Positions 24,653 through 38,430 of a stretch of DNA of 64,000 bases are shown piece by piece (position 1 is the first letter of the stretch; the number at the start of each line of letters is the position of its first letter). A model generated the notes under the pieces. That model was not told the origin of the DNA and searched no databases. It saw only the letters and a program-made list of their open reading frames with translations. Source of the DNA: Squalus acanthias (lineage: Eukaryota); NCBI GenBank assembly GCA_030390025.1, contig CM059432.1, positions 122,514,001-122,578,000 of the forward strand, written 5' to 3'. The position numbers and the translations under genes were made by a program.

Positions 24653-26526
24653 TAAGTGTTTTAGGCTGGATGAACGGGGGCGGGGGGAGAGGGGTGGAGG
24701 GGGTGCCGGGGGTGGGGTGGGGGGGGGGGTGCGATCTGAAGAAGGAGGGAGAGGAGGAGAGATGATAGATCCTTCAGCTCTTTGGTAGTCAAGTCAGTTA
24801 GAATTGTGCTCTGATCATTGATAAGCTACTAGGGAAGAAGTACGGAGCCTCAAAGTAAGTAAGCATCTAGCTACTGGTAGTCCAATGGGTAAGGAAGAAT
24901 TCAAGCATAAATGAGCCCATTACCTCCTTGGGAAAGGTGAAGCATCTGCCCCAGAACACACTCCCTGTCATTACACTCAGTGTTGTCAACCATGTTCAGT
25001 AACTAGAGTTGATATCAACTGCTCCAATTATGAGAAGCCCATGACAGAACCAGAAAATCCATAGTAGCTCGACTTAGGTGTGGAGGGAAAGCTGTGTTTA
25101 CTCACCTTGGGAGGTGCCAGTACTTTCAATCACCAATGTCATGCTCTCAAGTTCCCTATAGATTAGTAATAAAAACAGAAAATGGTGGAAATATTCGACA
25201 GGTCAAGCAGCATCTGTGGAGAGAGAAACAAAGTTAATGTTTCAGATCAATAAACTTTCATCAGAATCCTTCAGATTAGTGCCAGTTTGCCAACACCCAG
25301 CTTGCTCATGGAGCATGGAGCAAGATGAGTGCACAGCAGTGACGTTTTCAGTAAGCTGCCTGTTTGTAAGAATCATGTGTGAGTCAGAGCTATAGGTGTG
25401 GTTGCCTATTTACAAAGCTGTAATGAGTCTGGGAGGCAAACACAGCAACACATTTTGGAAAGATGTATGTTGCTAAGATTGGTGTGACACATTGTGGGGT
25501 TGACAGTGCCAGTTCAGGCTTGCCAACAGCTTTTGGTAATGTAGACCTGAGTAGGTGGTGTGCTGAGTGATGCCGCCAGTCTGGAATCACATGGCAATCT
25601 TGCAAAGCGGAATATGATACAAGACCTATTGTTTGAAAATATGGAAAAGAATCATGAACACTGTCTGTGCCTACTTTCAGCCTCAGGCAAACACTTTGGA
25701 GTTGAAAGAAAAAAAATCATAATTCAACACTCCATTTTTGAATTCAACTAAAAGAAATTACAAAGCAAATGCTAGATTTTGTTAAGCAAGTCCACATTAA
25801 GAAAAATGAAGAAAATAGGTTACTACATCATAGAATTCACCAGGGTTTAGTCCTACATTTTAATTTTGCTGTACCTTTTATTAATTCATATCATAAAGTG
25901 ATCAATGGACAAGCAATGCCATAAAACATGGACACAATTAATTCTGTTGTGTAGCAATTTCTGCACCCCCTCCAGCTAAGAAACACTTTTGCAACTAAAT
26001 CAATTATTTGCAGGGAATAAATTGAGCTATATTTTCCTCAGTTTAAATTCAGTGAAATAGAGGTGAATATAAAGCAATCTTCGCCACTTCATACTCACGT
26101 TCATTATTTTCATTAAAATTAGTGAACAAATTAAAATGTAGCTCAAAGAGTGTTTTCTGTATGCATTTGTCCTTACAAATATGATTAGGCACTTATATTA
26201 TGTAGCCTTGTCAGGTTTGTTTCTCGCCCCATTCAGTTGATTCTAGGGGAGAAATGTGTACAGATTTTAGACAGAAGGGGGTTTATTTTGGCCAAAAGGT
26301 GAAAACAGACACTAAATGAGTGCTGTGTTAATAAGACACGCCTGTTTGAAAGTCTGGATTTAGCACACAATTGCTGATTTTCATAATTTGAACTTGCCTG
26401 GAGGCACTAAACCAGAAACCTGCAGGTTTGGCACTCAAGCGCTGATTAGACACAATTTTGGTGGAGCAGTATATGTGGGCTCCTCGCACCCACTTCCACT
26501 GAAGGTGTGGAGTGCTCTGGCTGGCA

Positions 26527-26660
26527 CACAGCAGCACGTTGCAGGATGGCTCAGGGACCGAGGGAGAGGGCTCACAGGTTCTCGAATACGGCACTGGAGG
26601 TCCTGGTGGAGGAGGTCCAGAGGAAGATGGATGTCCTGTACCCGCAGTGGGAGAAACACG
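26527..26660 (+). pseudogene. Remnant of a Harbinger Myb/SANT-like exon
   Basis: MAQGPRERAHRFSNTALEVLVEEVQRKMDVLYP aligns by eye with the other Myb/SANT first exons. Confidence 0.65.
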
Positions 26661-27002
26661 CCACCTTGCCCTCCTCGCCCACCTGTCCCTCTCTCCTGCA
26701 GCTGATAGTGCTGCTCTGTCTGGCCTCATGTCCTCCTCCCATTCCACATCGAGACCAAGGGAACCCCGCGCAAGAGGCCCATGATCAAACACTCCCTTTC
26801 TCCTGGTGACTCCTATAAGGTGTCCAATAAGGTGGAGTAGCACAGCACTCACTATTTTTAGGTGAATCCTCAGAGAATTTTCAGAATAAATGTTGCCCGA
26901 GTGTTGGTGAAGTCTTGACAAAGTGTCCCAGAAAGTCTCCCGATGTGTTTCAGATGTCCTCTTTACAGCTCCAGCAGCAATGAACATGAAATGGTGAGTA
27001 TG

Positions 27003-27860
27003 CATACAGTTCTGGATGAGCAAAGATTTTCTCCAATTAAATATTGGGAAGACCGAAGCCATTGTTTTCGGTCCCTGCCACAAACTCCGTTTCCTAGCCA
27101 CTGACTCCATCCCTCTGTCTAACATCTGTCTGAGGCTGAACCAGCCTGTTCGCAACCTTGGTGTCGTATTTGACCCTGAAATGAGCTTTCGACCACATAT
27201 CCACAGCATAACTAAGACTGCCTACTTCCACCTCCGGAACATCGCCCGTCTGCGCCCTTGCCTCAGCTCATCTGCTGCTGAAACTCTCATCCATGCCTTT
27301 GTTACCTCTAGACTTGACTATTCCAAAGCACTCCTGGCTGGCCTCCCACATTCCACCCTACGTAAACTAGAGCTCATCCAAAACTCGGCTGCCCGTGTCC
27401 TAACTCGCACCAAATCCCGTTCCCCCTGTGCTCGCTGACCTACATTGGCTTCCGGTTAAGCAGCGCCTTGATTTCAAAATTCTCATCCTTGTTTTCAAAT
27501 CCCTCCATGGCCTCGCCCCTTCCTATCTCTGTAATCTCCTTCAGCCCCACAACCCCTCGAGATATCTGCGCTCCTCTAATTCTGCCCTCTTGAGCATCCC
27601 TGATTACAATCGCTCAACCATTGGTGGCCGTGCCTTCTGTTGCCTGGGCCCTAAGCTCTGGAATTCCCTGCCTAAACCTCTCCGCCTCGCTACCTCTCTT
27701 TCTTTCTTTAAGACGCTCCTTAAAACCTACCTCTTTGACCAAGTTTTTGGTCACCTGACCTAATTTATCCTTATGTGGATCAGTGTCAAATTTTTTGTCT
27801 TAAAATACTCCTGTGCAGCGCCTTGGGAAGTTTTACTACGTTAAAGGCGCTATATAAATA
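27003..27860 (+). mobile_element. L2 LINE 3' fragment (RT C-terminus, frameshifted)
   Basis: FLQLNIGKTEAIVF...AYFHLRNIARLRP...IHAFVTSRLDYS...LHWLPVKQRLDFKI. Confidence 0.9.
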
Positions 27861-27957
27861 CAACAGAAAACGCTGGAAAAACTCAGCAGGCCAGGCAGCA
27901 TCCGTGGAGAGAGAAAGAGAGTTAACGTTTCAGGTCGATGACCTTTCGTCAGAACTG
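27861..27957 (-). mobile_element. Penelope-like terminal fragment with a minimal hammerhead ribozyme motif
   Basis: Minus strand AGTT-CTGACGA-A-AGGTC-ATC-GACCT-GAAAC-GTT-AACT. The same repeat flanks the GIY-YIG fragment at 33935-34542. Confidence 0.7.
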
Positions 27958-28379
27958 TATTTTGCTATCCTATATAAATACAAGTTGTTGTTGTTCTTAT
28001 ATCCCTTTATGTAGTGCTTGAAATCCACATCAACGCTGTTCGCTGTTAGGACACGGCGTTAATTGAAGCGCTAACCACCAAAATGCCGTGCAGCCTCTTT
28101 AATGAGCACTAGCAGGCACTTTAAATGGCAATCAGTTGTTTAACAATCCTCCAGGTGGCTGTTCCTAGCGCTGGCTTCCACTCATTAACCAAGGTGGCGT
28201 CTTGCGCTAAACATGGGCTAAACCGGCGTTTCAGCTCAAGATCCCATCTCAGAGGATCGTTAGGGCCTGAACGGACTGCCAAAAATCATTAATAAAGCAC
28301 TAAGAGAAAAAAAAGACTTGGAGTTGGGACGAAATCACTACGAGGTCAGTTACTACTTTTGTTCCTCTTTTTTTCCATC

Positions 28380-31300
28380 AGTGAAGATGCCATAAGAGTT
28401 TTAAAGGGGGTGCAGGAAAGGAGAGGCCTGGGGGCGTATGTACTCAAATCTTTGAAGGTGGCAACGCAAGTTGACGAGGCTGTGAAAAAAGGATATGGGA
28501 TCTTTGGCTTCATAAATAGAGGCAAAGAGTATAAAAGCAATGAAGTTATGCTAAACATATATAAAACACTGGTTAGGCCTCAGCTGGAGTATTGTGCTCA
28601 ATTTTGGGCACCATACCTTAGGAAGGATGTCAAGGCCTTAGGGAGGGTGCAGAAAAAGATTTACTAGAATGGTAACAGGGATGAAAGACTTCAGTTATTT
28701 GGAGAGACTGGATAAGCTGGGGTTGTTCTCCTTAGAACAGAGAAGGTTAAGACAAGATTTGGTCGAGGTGTTCAAAATCATGAACAGTTTAGATAGAGTT
28801 TTATTTAATTCATTTTTTATGGGATGTGGGCTTCGCTGGCAAGGCCAGCATTTATTGCCCATCCCTAATTGCCCTTGAGAAGGTGGTGGTGAGCCGCCTT
28901 CTTGAACCGCTGCAGTCAGTGTGGTGAAGGTACTCCCACAGTGCTGTTAGGTAGGGAGTTCCAGGATTTTGACCCAGCGACAATGAATGATTGGCGATAT
29001 ACTTCTAAGTCAGGATGATGTGTGACTTGGAGGGGAACTTGGAGGTGGTGGTGTTCCCATGTGTCTGCTGCCCTTGTCCTTCTAGGTGGAAGAGGTCGCG
29101 GGTTTGGGAGGTGCTGCCAAAGAAGCCTTGGCGAGTTGCTGCAGTGCATCTTGTAGATGGTACACACTGCAGCCACGGTACGCCGATGGTGGAGGGAATG
29201 AATGTTTAAGGTGGTAGATGGGGTGCCAATCAAGCGGGCTGCTTTGTCCTGGATGGTGTCGAGCTTCTTGAGTGTTGTTGGAGCTGCACGCATCCAGGCA
29301 AGTGGAGAGTATTCCATCACACTCCTTACTTGTGCCTTGTAGATGGTGGAAAGGCTTTGGGGAGTCAGGAGGTGAGACACTCGCCACAGAATACCTAGCC
29401 TCTGACCTGCTCTTGTTGCCACAGTATTTATGTGGCTGGTCCAGTTAAGTTTCTGATCAATGGTAACCCCCAGGATGTTGATGGTGGGGGATTCGGCGAT
29501 GGTAATGCCATTGAATGTCAAGGGGTGGTGTTTAGACTCTCACTTGTTGGAGATAGTCATTGCCTGGCACTTCTGTGGCGCGAATGTTACCTGCCACTTA
29601 TCAGCCCAAGTCTGCACGTTGTCCAGGTCTTGTTGCATGCGGGCATGGACTGCTTCATTATCTGAGGAGTTGTGAATGGCACTGAACACTGTGCAGTCAT
29701 CAACGAACATCCCCATTTCTGACTTTATGTTGGAGGGAAGGTCATTGATGAAGCAGCTGAAGATGGTTGGGCCTAGGACACTGCCCTGAGGAACTCCTGC
29801 AGCGATGTGCTGGGTTGAGATGATTGACCTTCAATCACCACAACCATCTTCCTTTGTGCTAGGTATGACTTCAGCCAGTGGAGAGTTTTCCCCCTGATTC
29901 CTATTGAATTCAGTTTTACTAGGGCTCCTTGATGCCACACTCGGTCAAATGCTGCCTTGATGTCAAGGGCAGTCACTCTCACCTCACCTTTGGAATTCAG
30001 CTCCTTTGTCCATGTTTGGACCAAGGCTGTAATGAGGTCGGCAGCCGAGTGGTTCTGGCGGAACCCAAACTGAGCATCAGTGAGCAGGTTATTGGTGAGT
30101 AAGTGCCACTTGATAGCACTGTCGATGAAACCTTCCATCATTTTGCTGATGATTGAGAGTAGACTGATGGGACGGTAATTGGCTGGATTGGATTTGTCCT
30201 GCTTTTTGTGGACATGACATACCTGGGCAGTTTTCCACATTGTCGGATAGATGCCAGTGTTGTAGCTGTACTGGAACAGCTTGGCTAGATGCGCGGCTAG
30301 TTCTGGAGCACAGGTCTTCAACACGATAGCCGGGATGTTGTCGGGGCCAATAGCCTTTGCTGTATCCAGTGCGCTCAGCCATTTCTTGATATCCCGTGGA
30401 GTGAATCGAATTGGCTGAAGACTGGCTTCTGTGATGGTGGGCACCTCAGGAGGAGGCTGATATAGATCATCCACTCGGCACTTCTGGCTGAAGATGGTTG
30501 CAAACGCTTCAGCCTTGTCTTTTGCACTCACGTGCTGGGCTCCACCATCATAGGGGATGGGGATATTCGTGGCGCCTCCTCTTCCCATTCGTTGTTTAAT
30601 GGTCCAACACCATTCACGACTGGATGTGGCAGGACTGCAGAGCTTTGATCTGATCCGTTGATTGTGGGATCGCTTAGCCCTGTCTATAACATGCTGCTTC
30701 TGCTTTTTAGGATGCATGTAGTCCTGTGTTGCAGCTTCCCCAGGTTGGCACCTCATTTTTAGGTACGCCTGGTGCTGCTCCTGGCATGCTCTTCTACACT
30801 CCTTATTGAACCAGGGTTGGTCCCCTGGCTTGATGGTAATGGTAAGTGAGGGATATGCCAGTCCATGAGGTTACAGATTGTGGTGGAATACAATTCTGCT
30901 GCTGCTGATGGCCCACAGCGTCTCATGGATGCCCAGTTTTGAGCTGCTAGATCTGTTCTGAATTTTTCCCATTTAGCACGGTGGTAGTGCCACACAACAC
31001 GATGGAGGGTGTCCTCAGTGTGAAAATGGGACTTTGTCTCCACAATGACTGTGTGGTGGTCACTGCTACCAATACCGTCATGGACAGATGCATCTGCGAC
31101 AGGTAGATTGGTGAGGATGAGTTCTAGTAGGTTTTTCCCTCGTGTTGGTTTTCTCACCACCTGTCGCAGGCCGAGATTGGCACCTATGTCCTTCAGGACT
31201 CGGCCAGCTCGGTCAGTAGTGGTGTTACTGAGCCACTCTTGGTGATGGACATTGAAGTCCCCCACCCAGAGTACATTCTGTGCCCTTGCTACTCTCAGTG

Positions 31301-32110
31301 CTTCTTCCAAGTGGTGTTCAACATGGCGGAGTACTGATTCATCAGCTGAGGGAGGACGTTAGGTGGTAATCAGCAGGAGGTTTCCTTGCCCATGCCTGAC
31401 CTGAGGCCATGAGACTTCATGGGGTCCGGAGTCAATGTTGAGGACTCCCAGGGTCACTCCTTCCCGACTGTATACCACTGTGCCACCACCCTTGGTGGGT
31501 CAGTCCTGCCGGTGGGACAGGATATACCCAGGGATGGTGATGGAGGAGTTTGGGACATTGGCTGAAAGGTATGATTCTGTGAGTATGACTATGTCAGGCT
31601 GTTGCTTGACTAGTCTGTGGGACAGCTCTCTCAATTTTGGCACAAGTCCCCAGATGTTGGTGAGGAGGACTTGGCAGGGTTTGCTGGGCTGGGTGTGCCG
31701 TTGTCGTGTCCGTAGCCGGTGCCGAGCTCGATGCCGGGTGGTCCGTCCGGTTTCATTTTTATTATAAATGAGTAAATGAGGAGAAACTATTTCCAGTGGC
31801 AGAAGGGTCAGTAACCAGAGGACATAGATTTGAGATGATTGGCAAAAGATTCAGAGGCGACATGAGGAAACATTTTTTTACGCAGCAGGTTATTGTGATC
31901 TAGAATGTACTGCCTGAAAGAGTGGTGGGAAAAAATTAAATAGTAACTTTCATAAGGGAATTGGATAAATACTTGAAGGAAAAAAAGTTACAGAGCTATG
32001 AGGAAAGAGCAGGGGAGTGGGATAAATTGGATAGCTCTACCAAAGAGACGGCACAGGCACGATGGGCCAAATGGCCTCCTTCTGTGCCATATCATTCTAT
32101 GATTCTCTCA
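28380..32110 (+). mobile_element. CR1 LINE 3' fragment split into 28380-28800 and 31766-32110 by another LINE
   Basis: LVRPQLEYCAQFWAPY...LEQRRLRQDL, resuming after 31766 with the CR1 C-terminus and tail. Confidence 0.8.
28800..31765 (-). mobile_element. Jockey/CR1-superfamily non-LTR retrotransposon with decayed APE-RT ORF
   Basis: APE motifs (WVGDFNVHH, SDHH) at 30759-31310 and RT motifs (KAIGPDNIP, NYRPISLL, QFGFR, LDIKAAFDRVWH) at 29773-30756, with frameshifts. Confidence 0.9.
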
Positions 32111-32214
32111 TTCTATGAAGACCTACTTTCAATGGATGTCCTGACTGACATTGGAGATGGTTTACATTATCTGTAGGTGCAACCTACCATTGTATTCAAA
32201 TCAGTTGGAAACAA

Positions 32215-33845
32215 ATTTTTATTCATTCAGGGGATGTGGGTGTCACTGGCATTTATTGCCCATCCCTAATTGCCCTTGAAAAGGTGGCGGTGAGCCGCCT
32301 TCTTGAACCATTGCAGTCGTGTGCAGTGAAGGTACTCCCACAGTGCTGTTAGGTAGGGAGTTCCAGGATTTTGACCCAGTGACAATGAAGGAACGGCGAT
32401 ATAGTTCCAAGTCAGGATGGTGTGTGACTTGGAGGGGATCTTGGAGGTGGTGGTGGTGTTCCTTAGCGTCTGCTGCCCTTGTCCTTCTAGGTGGTAGTGG
32501 TCATGGGTTTGGGAGGAGCTGCCGAAGAAGACATGGCGAGTTGCTGCAGTATATCTTGTTGATGGTACACACTGCAGCCACGGTGTACTGGTGGTGGAGG
32601 GAGTGAATGTTTAAGCTGATCAACCGGGCTGCTTTGTCCTGGATGGTGTCAAGCTTCTTGAGTGTTGTTGGAGCTGCACTCATCCAGGCAAGTGGAGAGT
32701 ATTCCATCACACTCCTGACTTGTGCTTTGTAGATGGTGGAAATGCTTTGGGGAGTCAGGAGGTGAGACACTTGCTGCAGAATACCCAGCCTCTGACCTGC
32801 TCTTGTAGCCACCATATTTATCTGGCATGTCCAGTTAAGTTTCTTGTCGATGGTGAACCTTAGGATGTTGATGGTGGGGGATTTGACGATGGTAATGCCA
32901 TTAAATGTCAAGGGGAGAAGGTTAGACTCTCTTGTTGGAGATAGTCATTGCCTGGCATTTTTGTGGCACGAATGTTACCTGCCATTTATCAGCTCAAGCC
33001 TGAAGGTCGTCCAGGTCTTGCTGCATGCGGGTATGGACTGCTTCATTATCTGAGGAGTTGTGAATGGAACTGAACACTGTGCAATCATAAGCGAACAACC
33101 CTACTTCTGACCTTATGATGGAGGGAAGGTCATTGATGAAGCAGCTGAAATGGTTAGGCCTAGGACACTGCCCTGAGGAACTCCTGCAGCAGTGTCCTGG
33201 GGCTGTGATGATTGGCCTTCAACAACCAGAACCATCTTCCTTTGTGCTAGGTATGACTCCAGCCAGTGGAGCGTTTTTCCCCTGACTTCAATTTTTCTAG
33301 GGCTCCTTGATGTCACACTCTGTCAAATGCTGTATTGATGTCAAGGGCAGTCATTCTCAACTCACCTCTGCAGTTCAGCTCTTTCCTCCATGTTTGGACC
33401 AAGGCTGTAATGAGGTCTGCAGCCGAGTGGTCCTGGCAGAACCCAAACTAAGCATCGGTGAGCTGGTTATTGGTGAGTAAGTGCCGCTTGATAGCACTGT
33501 CGCTGACATCTTCCATCACTTTGCTGATGATTGAGAGTAGACTGATGGGGCTGTAGTTGGCCGGGTTGGATTTGTCCTGCTTTTTGTGGACAGGGCATAC
33601 CTGGGCAGTTTTCCACATTGTCGGATAGATGCCAGTGTTGTAGCTGTACTGGAACAGTTTGGCTAGTTCTGGAGCACAGGTCTTTGGCACGATAGCTGGG
33701 ATGTTGTCGGGGCCAATAGCCTTTGCTGTATCCAGATATTAGTGAGAAGGATTTTGCAGGGTCGACTTGGCTGGGTGTGCCTCAGTTGTGTCCAAATCCA
33801 ATGCCTTGGTCGATGCTGGGTAGTCCGTCCATTTTTATTCTTTTT
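32215..33845 (-). mobile_element. Second, internally deleted copy of the same jockey-like LINE
   Basis: High visible identity to 28800-30370 and 31660-31760, with deletions. Confidence 0.88.
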
Positions 33846-33934
33846 AAATGTAAAATCTTCTCAAATTGTACATACTAAATGAAAACATTTTGTAAGCCGC
33901 AGTATGAATTTTAAGCCTGAATTTTGAAAAGATT

Positions 33935-34542
33935 ACAACAGCAAAATACTGCGGATGCTGGAAATCTGAAATAACAACAGAAAATGCTGGAAACACTCAG
34001 CAGGCCAGGCAGCATCCGTGGAGAGAGAAACAGAGTTAACGTTTCATCAGAACTGGAAAAAGCTGGAGATGTAACAGATTTTAAGCAGGTGCAGAGGCAG
34101 GAAGAAAGCGGGGGGGGGGTGCGGGCGGGGGTGGGAGGGGCGGAAGGAACTGAAGGAACATTCTGTGCCAAGGTAGGAGGCAGGAAAGAAAAAATGTTGC
34201 AAATGGGAATGGCAAAATCATACAGCCTGAAAAATAGGGGCAGGGGTTATAGTCTGAAATTGTTGAACTCAATGTTGAGTCCAGAAGGCTGTAAAGTGCC
34301 TAATCGAAAGATGAGGTGCTGTTCTTCGAGCTTATGTTGAGCTTCATCGGAACAATGTAAGAGCCGAGGACAGAGAGATCAGAGTGGGAGTGAAGTGGAG
34401 AATTAAAGTGACAGGCGACCGGAAGCTCAGGGTCACCCTTACGGACTGAACGGAGGTGTTCCGCAAAGCGGTCACCCAATCTGCGTTTGGTCTCCCCAAT
34501 GTAGAGGGGACTGCATCGTGAGCAGCGAATACAGTATACCAT
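33935..34542 (-). mobile_element. Penelope-like element 3' fragment with a GIY-YIG endonuclease remnant
   Basis: VYCIRCSRCSPLYIGETKRRLGDRFAEHLRSV...PVACHFNS, followed by the terminal repeat with a stem-II-deleted hammerhead motif. Confidence 0.88.
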
Positions 34543-34964
34543 TAAGTTACAGTTGAGCCAACATAGCTTACTGTTGCAGTGCTCAAGTTGGCATTGAAGA
34601 TTATTGGAGGCTCTGCCATGTCAGTACAAATTGCCTAAAAAGTCAGATTCAGTCTGTGTAATATTACTGTACATTCAATAAAACCACTGCTGCTGGAGTC
34701 TCAGGACACTTTAATCGGCTATTTGATATTTCGGTTAACACTACTGACCCTCACCAGGTAAAACTCCCACCGCGTCTGCCTGGTGTGTCGCAAGATTGAG
34801 TACTCAAATACATTTACATGGACACATTTTTTTTATTCGCTGTCTGGGCGCTAACTTTTTGATCTACGTGCGTTATTGCAATCAACTTACTCCCTCCCCA
34901 CACACAGAAGCCACACCAGTCAATTAATACAAGCCACCATTGTTATCTTCAATTAAGAGAGTGT

Positions 34965-35370
34965 TTTTTTATTATTCATTCATGGGATGTGGGTGTTGCC
35001 CGCAAGGCCGGCATTTATTGCCTGTCCCTAATTGCCCTTGAGAAGGTGGAGGTGAGTTGCCTTCTTGAATAAGTGGCTTGCTAGGTCAGTTCAGAAGGCA
35101 GTTAAGAGTCAACCACATTTCTCTGGGACTGGAGTCAATAGGCCAGACCTGGTAAGGATGGCAGATTTATTCCTAAAGGACATTAGTGAACCAGAATCTG
35201 GTAGTTCATGGTCACCATTACTGATACTAGTTTTTTTATTCCAGATTTATTTAATTAATTGAATTTAAATTCTCCAGCCATGGTGGGATTTGAACTCATG
35301 TCTCTGGATCATTCGTCCCGGCCTCTGGATTACTAGTCCAGTAATATAACCACTATGCTGCCGTACCCTA
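34965..35370 (-). mobile_element. SINE-like repeat sharing its tail with the jockey-like LINE
   Basis: GGGATGTGGG...ATTTATTGCC...CCCTAATTGCCCTTGAGAAGGTGG matches 28820-28900, with a tRNA-like head at 35280-35370. Confidence 0.6.
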
Positions 35371-36594
35371 ACCCTGGGTAAATCTATTCAGAGTTCATGC
35401 ATAGATTTTAATATTGAGTTATTAATACCAAATTTAAGGGAATTGTGTTTCTCATACATTCTCTCTCTGCCCCTTCCAAGGGAGCATCTCCTTTTTCCCT
35501 TTTAAGACCTATCCATTCCACCAAGGTAAAGAGTTTCTATAGGCAACCTGCCCCCAGGTCTCGACCAGTATCACATTGACACCAGCTAGTAAAAGCTGTG
35601 CAAAAGAAGCCCAACTGTGACTCTTCTTCAAGCTATGTATTCCTCCCTTTGGGGAAAAGCCTGGAGTCTGCTCTGCACTTGCATTCCAACCTATCTGAGA
35701 TCAGGGGAATTGCAGGCATGAATGCACAGCGTTGCTCCAATGCACTGTGCTGGAGTTCAGATTCAGAAATTCGTGATTTTCAGGGTCCAAGTCCAGACTC
35801 ATTATTATTGATTCAAAGACTGCAGTTCAGATTACTTAAAATAGTGGAAAACCAATCCCCAAAGGCGGTAGAATTATTCACCTCCTCATTACAAACACTT
35901 GCCGAAGCTAGCTGCAACTTTTTATTGTATGACCACATAACACTATTAAAGTTCAAAATGAAAAACATCTCTTTGGTTGGTCCATTTAAATGTTGTGCCA
36001 TGTTTTATGCCGAGTGTTATGACAATTAACTTGAAAAATCAATGCAAGAAAATCACTGGGGACCAGATGACTCATTGCTTTTCTTGGATTGTGAAAGCCT
36101 TGGATACACACCAACCCACATCTTTGGATTTCATTGGTCGACGGTTTTGTGAATGAAAGCTATGATTACAACTGATGATTCCCACTGCGGAAATGAATCA
36201 TAGCAACCAATTTTGACCCTTTCACTGTTTCTCGGAAGGGTGCTAACAAAACTGCTTCTTTTCTTTAATTAAAACTATATGATATAAAAGTATGTAAACT
36301 CGGTTACCCAAGTCCCGATGATATCATATGAGGGCAGCTGCAGTACCATCCTCAATATTTCCTACTTGAACACTTGCTTCTCTTCTGACTGTATGTTGGT
36401 CTCAGTTTCCGTCTGGCTTTTCAGGGCTCTTCTTTATTCCCTCCTAATTTTATGCTGTTCTGTACAGCTACTCTTCTCTTATCAAAGTTTTGCAACAGGT
36501 TAGAGACAGAAAACTAAAACTTATATCCTGTGGATATGGCAGAATTGCTTTCAATGGAAAATATCGCCCAATTCCAGTTGCGTTGAATTTATTC

Positions 36595-37323
36595 AGGGTG
36601 AAATTGGAGAGCGGTGGGCTACTGACACGAACTGGGTTGCAGGGACTGATCCCCATGCCTGGACGGGTAGACCTGAGGCCCGATCAAAATCGGGCCACGG
36701 TCCTTGTTTAAATTAGACTGGCAAGCTGCGAATGTCTGCTGTGCATCCCCAGGCAGCTCACTGGAGAAGCGATGTAGATGCAGCAGCCCTCAGGTAGGTC
36801 TGGGGTGGCGGGGGGGGGGGGGTGCCGTGGTTGTGGATGAGGTGATCGAGAGGGAGGAGGACAATTGTTCAGGGCACGATTGGTCGGGTGGGGAAGCGAT
36901 TGGGAGGAGGCCGGGCAGGGCCTGGCATCGGTTTTCAGGACTGCTATGGAGCAGGGAGGGACCATTCCTGCTTCTCCTGAATCCACATTCAGGTAAGTAT
37001 TTTTTTATAAACTCAACTTTTTGGTAGCGGATTCCAGCAATCTCTTTAAGCACCGCTGGTTAGGCTGCATGCAGACTTGGTTATCCAGAAATCAGCAGGC
37101 CCATTCAGGGCAGCACATTTCTGGGAAGAGGTCTCGAATAGGCATATGCAATAGGGCCTAATGCCTGTTTCAGGCACGGGCCTTGGACGCCTATACTTCA
37201 GCCTTCAGCAATAGGGCGGGTGGCGTACTTCCGGTGCGGAATGCCCGCCTCCCAAGTTATTGGACGCTTCGGCGCCTGCTTTGCGCCTGTAAAACGGATG
37301 CTGTGTCAATTAATTTCTAGGCC
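36595..37323. mobile_element. Harbinger-type MITE
   Basis: Ends AGGGTGAAATTG / AATTTCTAGGCC and a GC-rich interior resembling 39107-39743, 55675-56178 and 61193-61920. Confidence 0.5.
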
Positions 37324-37789
37324 AGTCTGTTTATACTGCAGGTGGATTCAACAACACCAGAACAATTATCCACTGTTGATATAATATTGCATTGGCCGCT
37401 ATGATTTTGACTGCAGCTCTTCCCACCTACCAGAAAAACATACAGCCAAGCAATGGGGAAATCATGGTGCTGAGCTATATGGGCCAGTTCAAAGCTTCGT
37501 CTGCCCATGGCCAGAAGAAAATGGCTGCCCTGACAGGAACAGCCATTTACCTTCGCCACCACCTGCGCTTTGCCGCTGAAGGCATACAGGACACCTTGCT
37601 TATATTACAGCGCTGCAGCCAAAAACAGCATTGTAATCTAAATTTGGTATAAGATTTCTTTAATAAGTAAGAGAAAAAACAATTCTAAAAAGAGGTGCGA
37701 GCGCTTTAGATCAAAAGAAAGACTTGCATTTATACAGTGCCTTTAACGACCTCAGGACTTCCCAAAGCGCTCCGAGATAAGCATTCGAC

Positions 37790-38430
37790 CACGTAGCCAC
37801 ACCTTCACTAAGACCGCCTACTTCCACGTCCATAACATCGCCCGACTCCACCCCTGCCTCAGCTCATCTGCTGCTGAAACCCTCATATATGTCTTAGTTA
37901 CCATTAGACTTGACTATTCCAATGCACTCCTGGTCGGCCTTCCATCTTCCATCCTCCATAAACTTTGAGGTCATCCAAAACTCTGCTGCCCGTATCCTAA
38001 CTCGCATCAAGTCCCATTCACCCATCACCCCTGTGCTCGCTGACCTACATTGGCTCCAGGTTGAACAACGCATCAATTTCAAAATTCTCATCCTTGTTTT
38101 CAAACCCTTCCATGGCCTCGTCCCTCCCTATCTCTGTAACCTGCTCCAGCCCTACAACCCTCCGCAATATCTCCACTCCTCCAATTCTGGCCTCTTGCGC
38201 ATCCGATATTAATCACTCTACCATTGTCGGCCGTACCTTCAGCTGCCTAGGCCCTAAGCTCTGGGATTCCATCGCTAAACCTCTCTGCCTCACATTCTTC
38301 CTTAAAGCCTACCTCTATTTGCCCTCATATCTCCTTATGTGGCTCAGTGTCAAATTTTGTGTGAGCACTGCTGTGAAGCGCCTTGGAATGCTCTACTATG
38401 TTAAAGGTGCTACATAAATACAAGTTGTTG
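37790..38430 (+). mobile_element. L2 LINE 3' fragment
   Basis: IQNSAARILTRIKSHSPITPVLADLHWL, homologous to 27003-27860. Confidence 0.85.
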
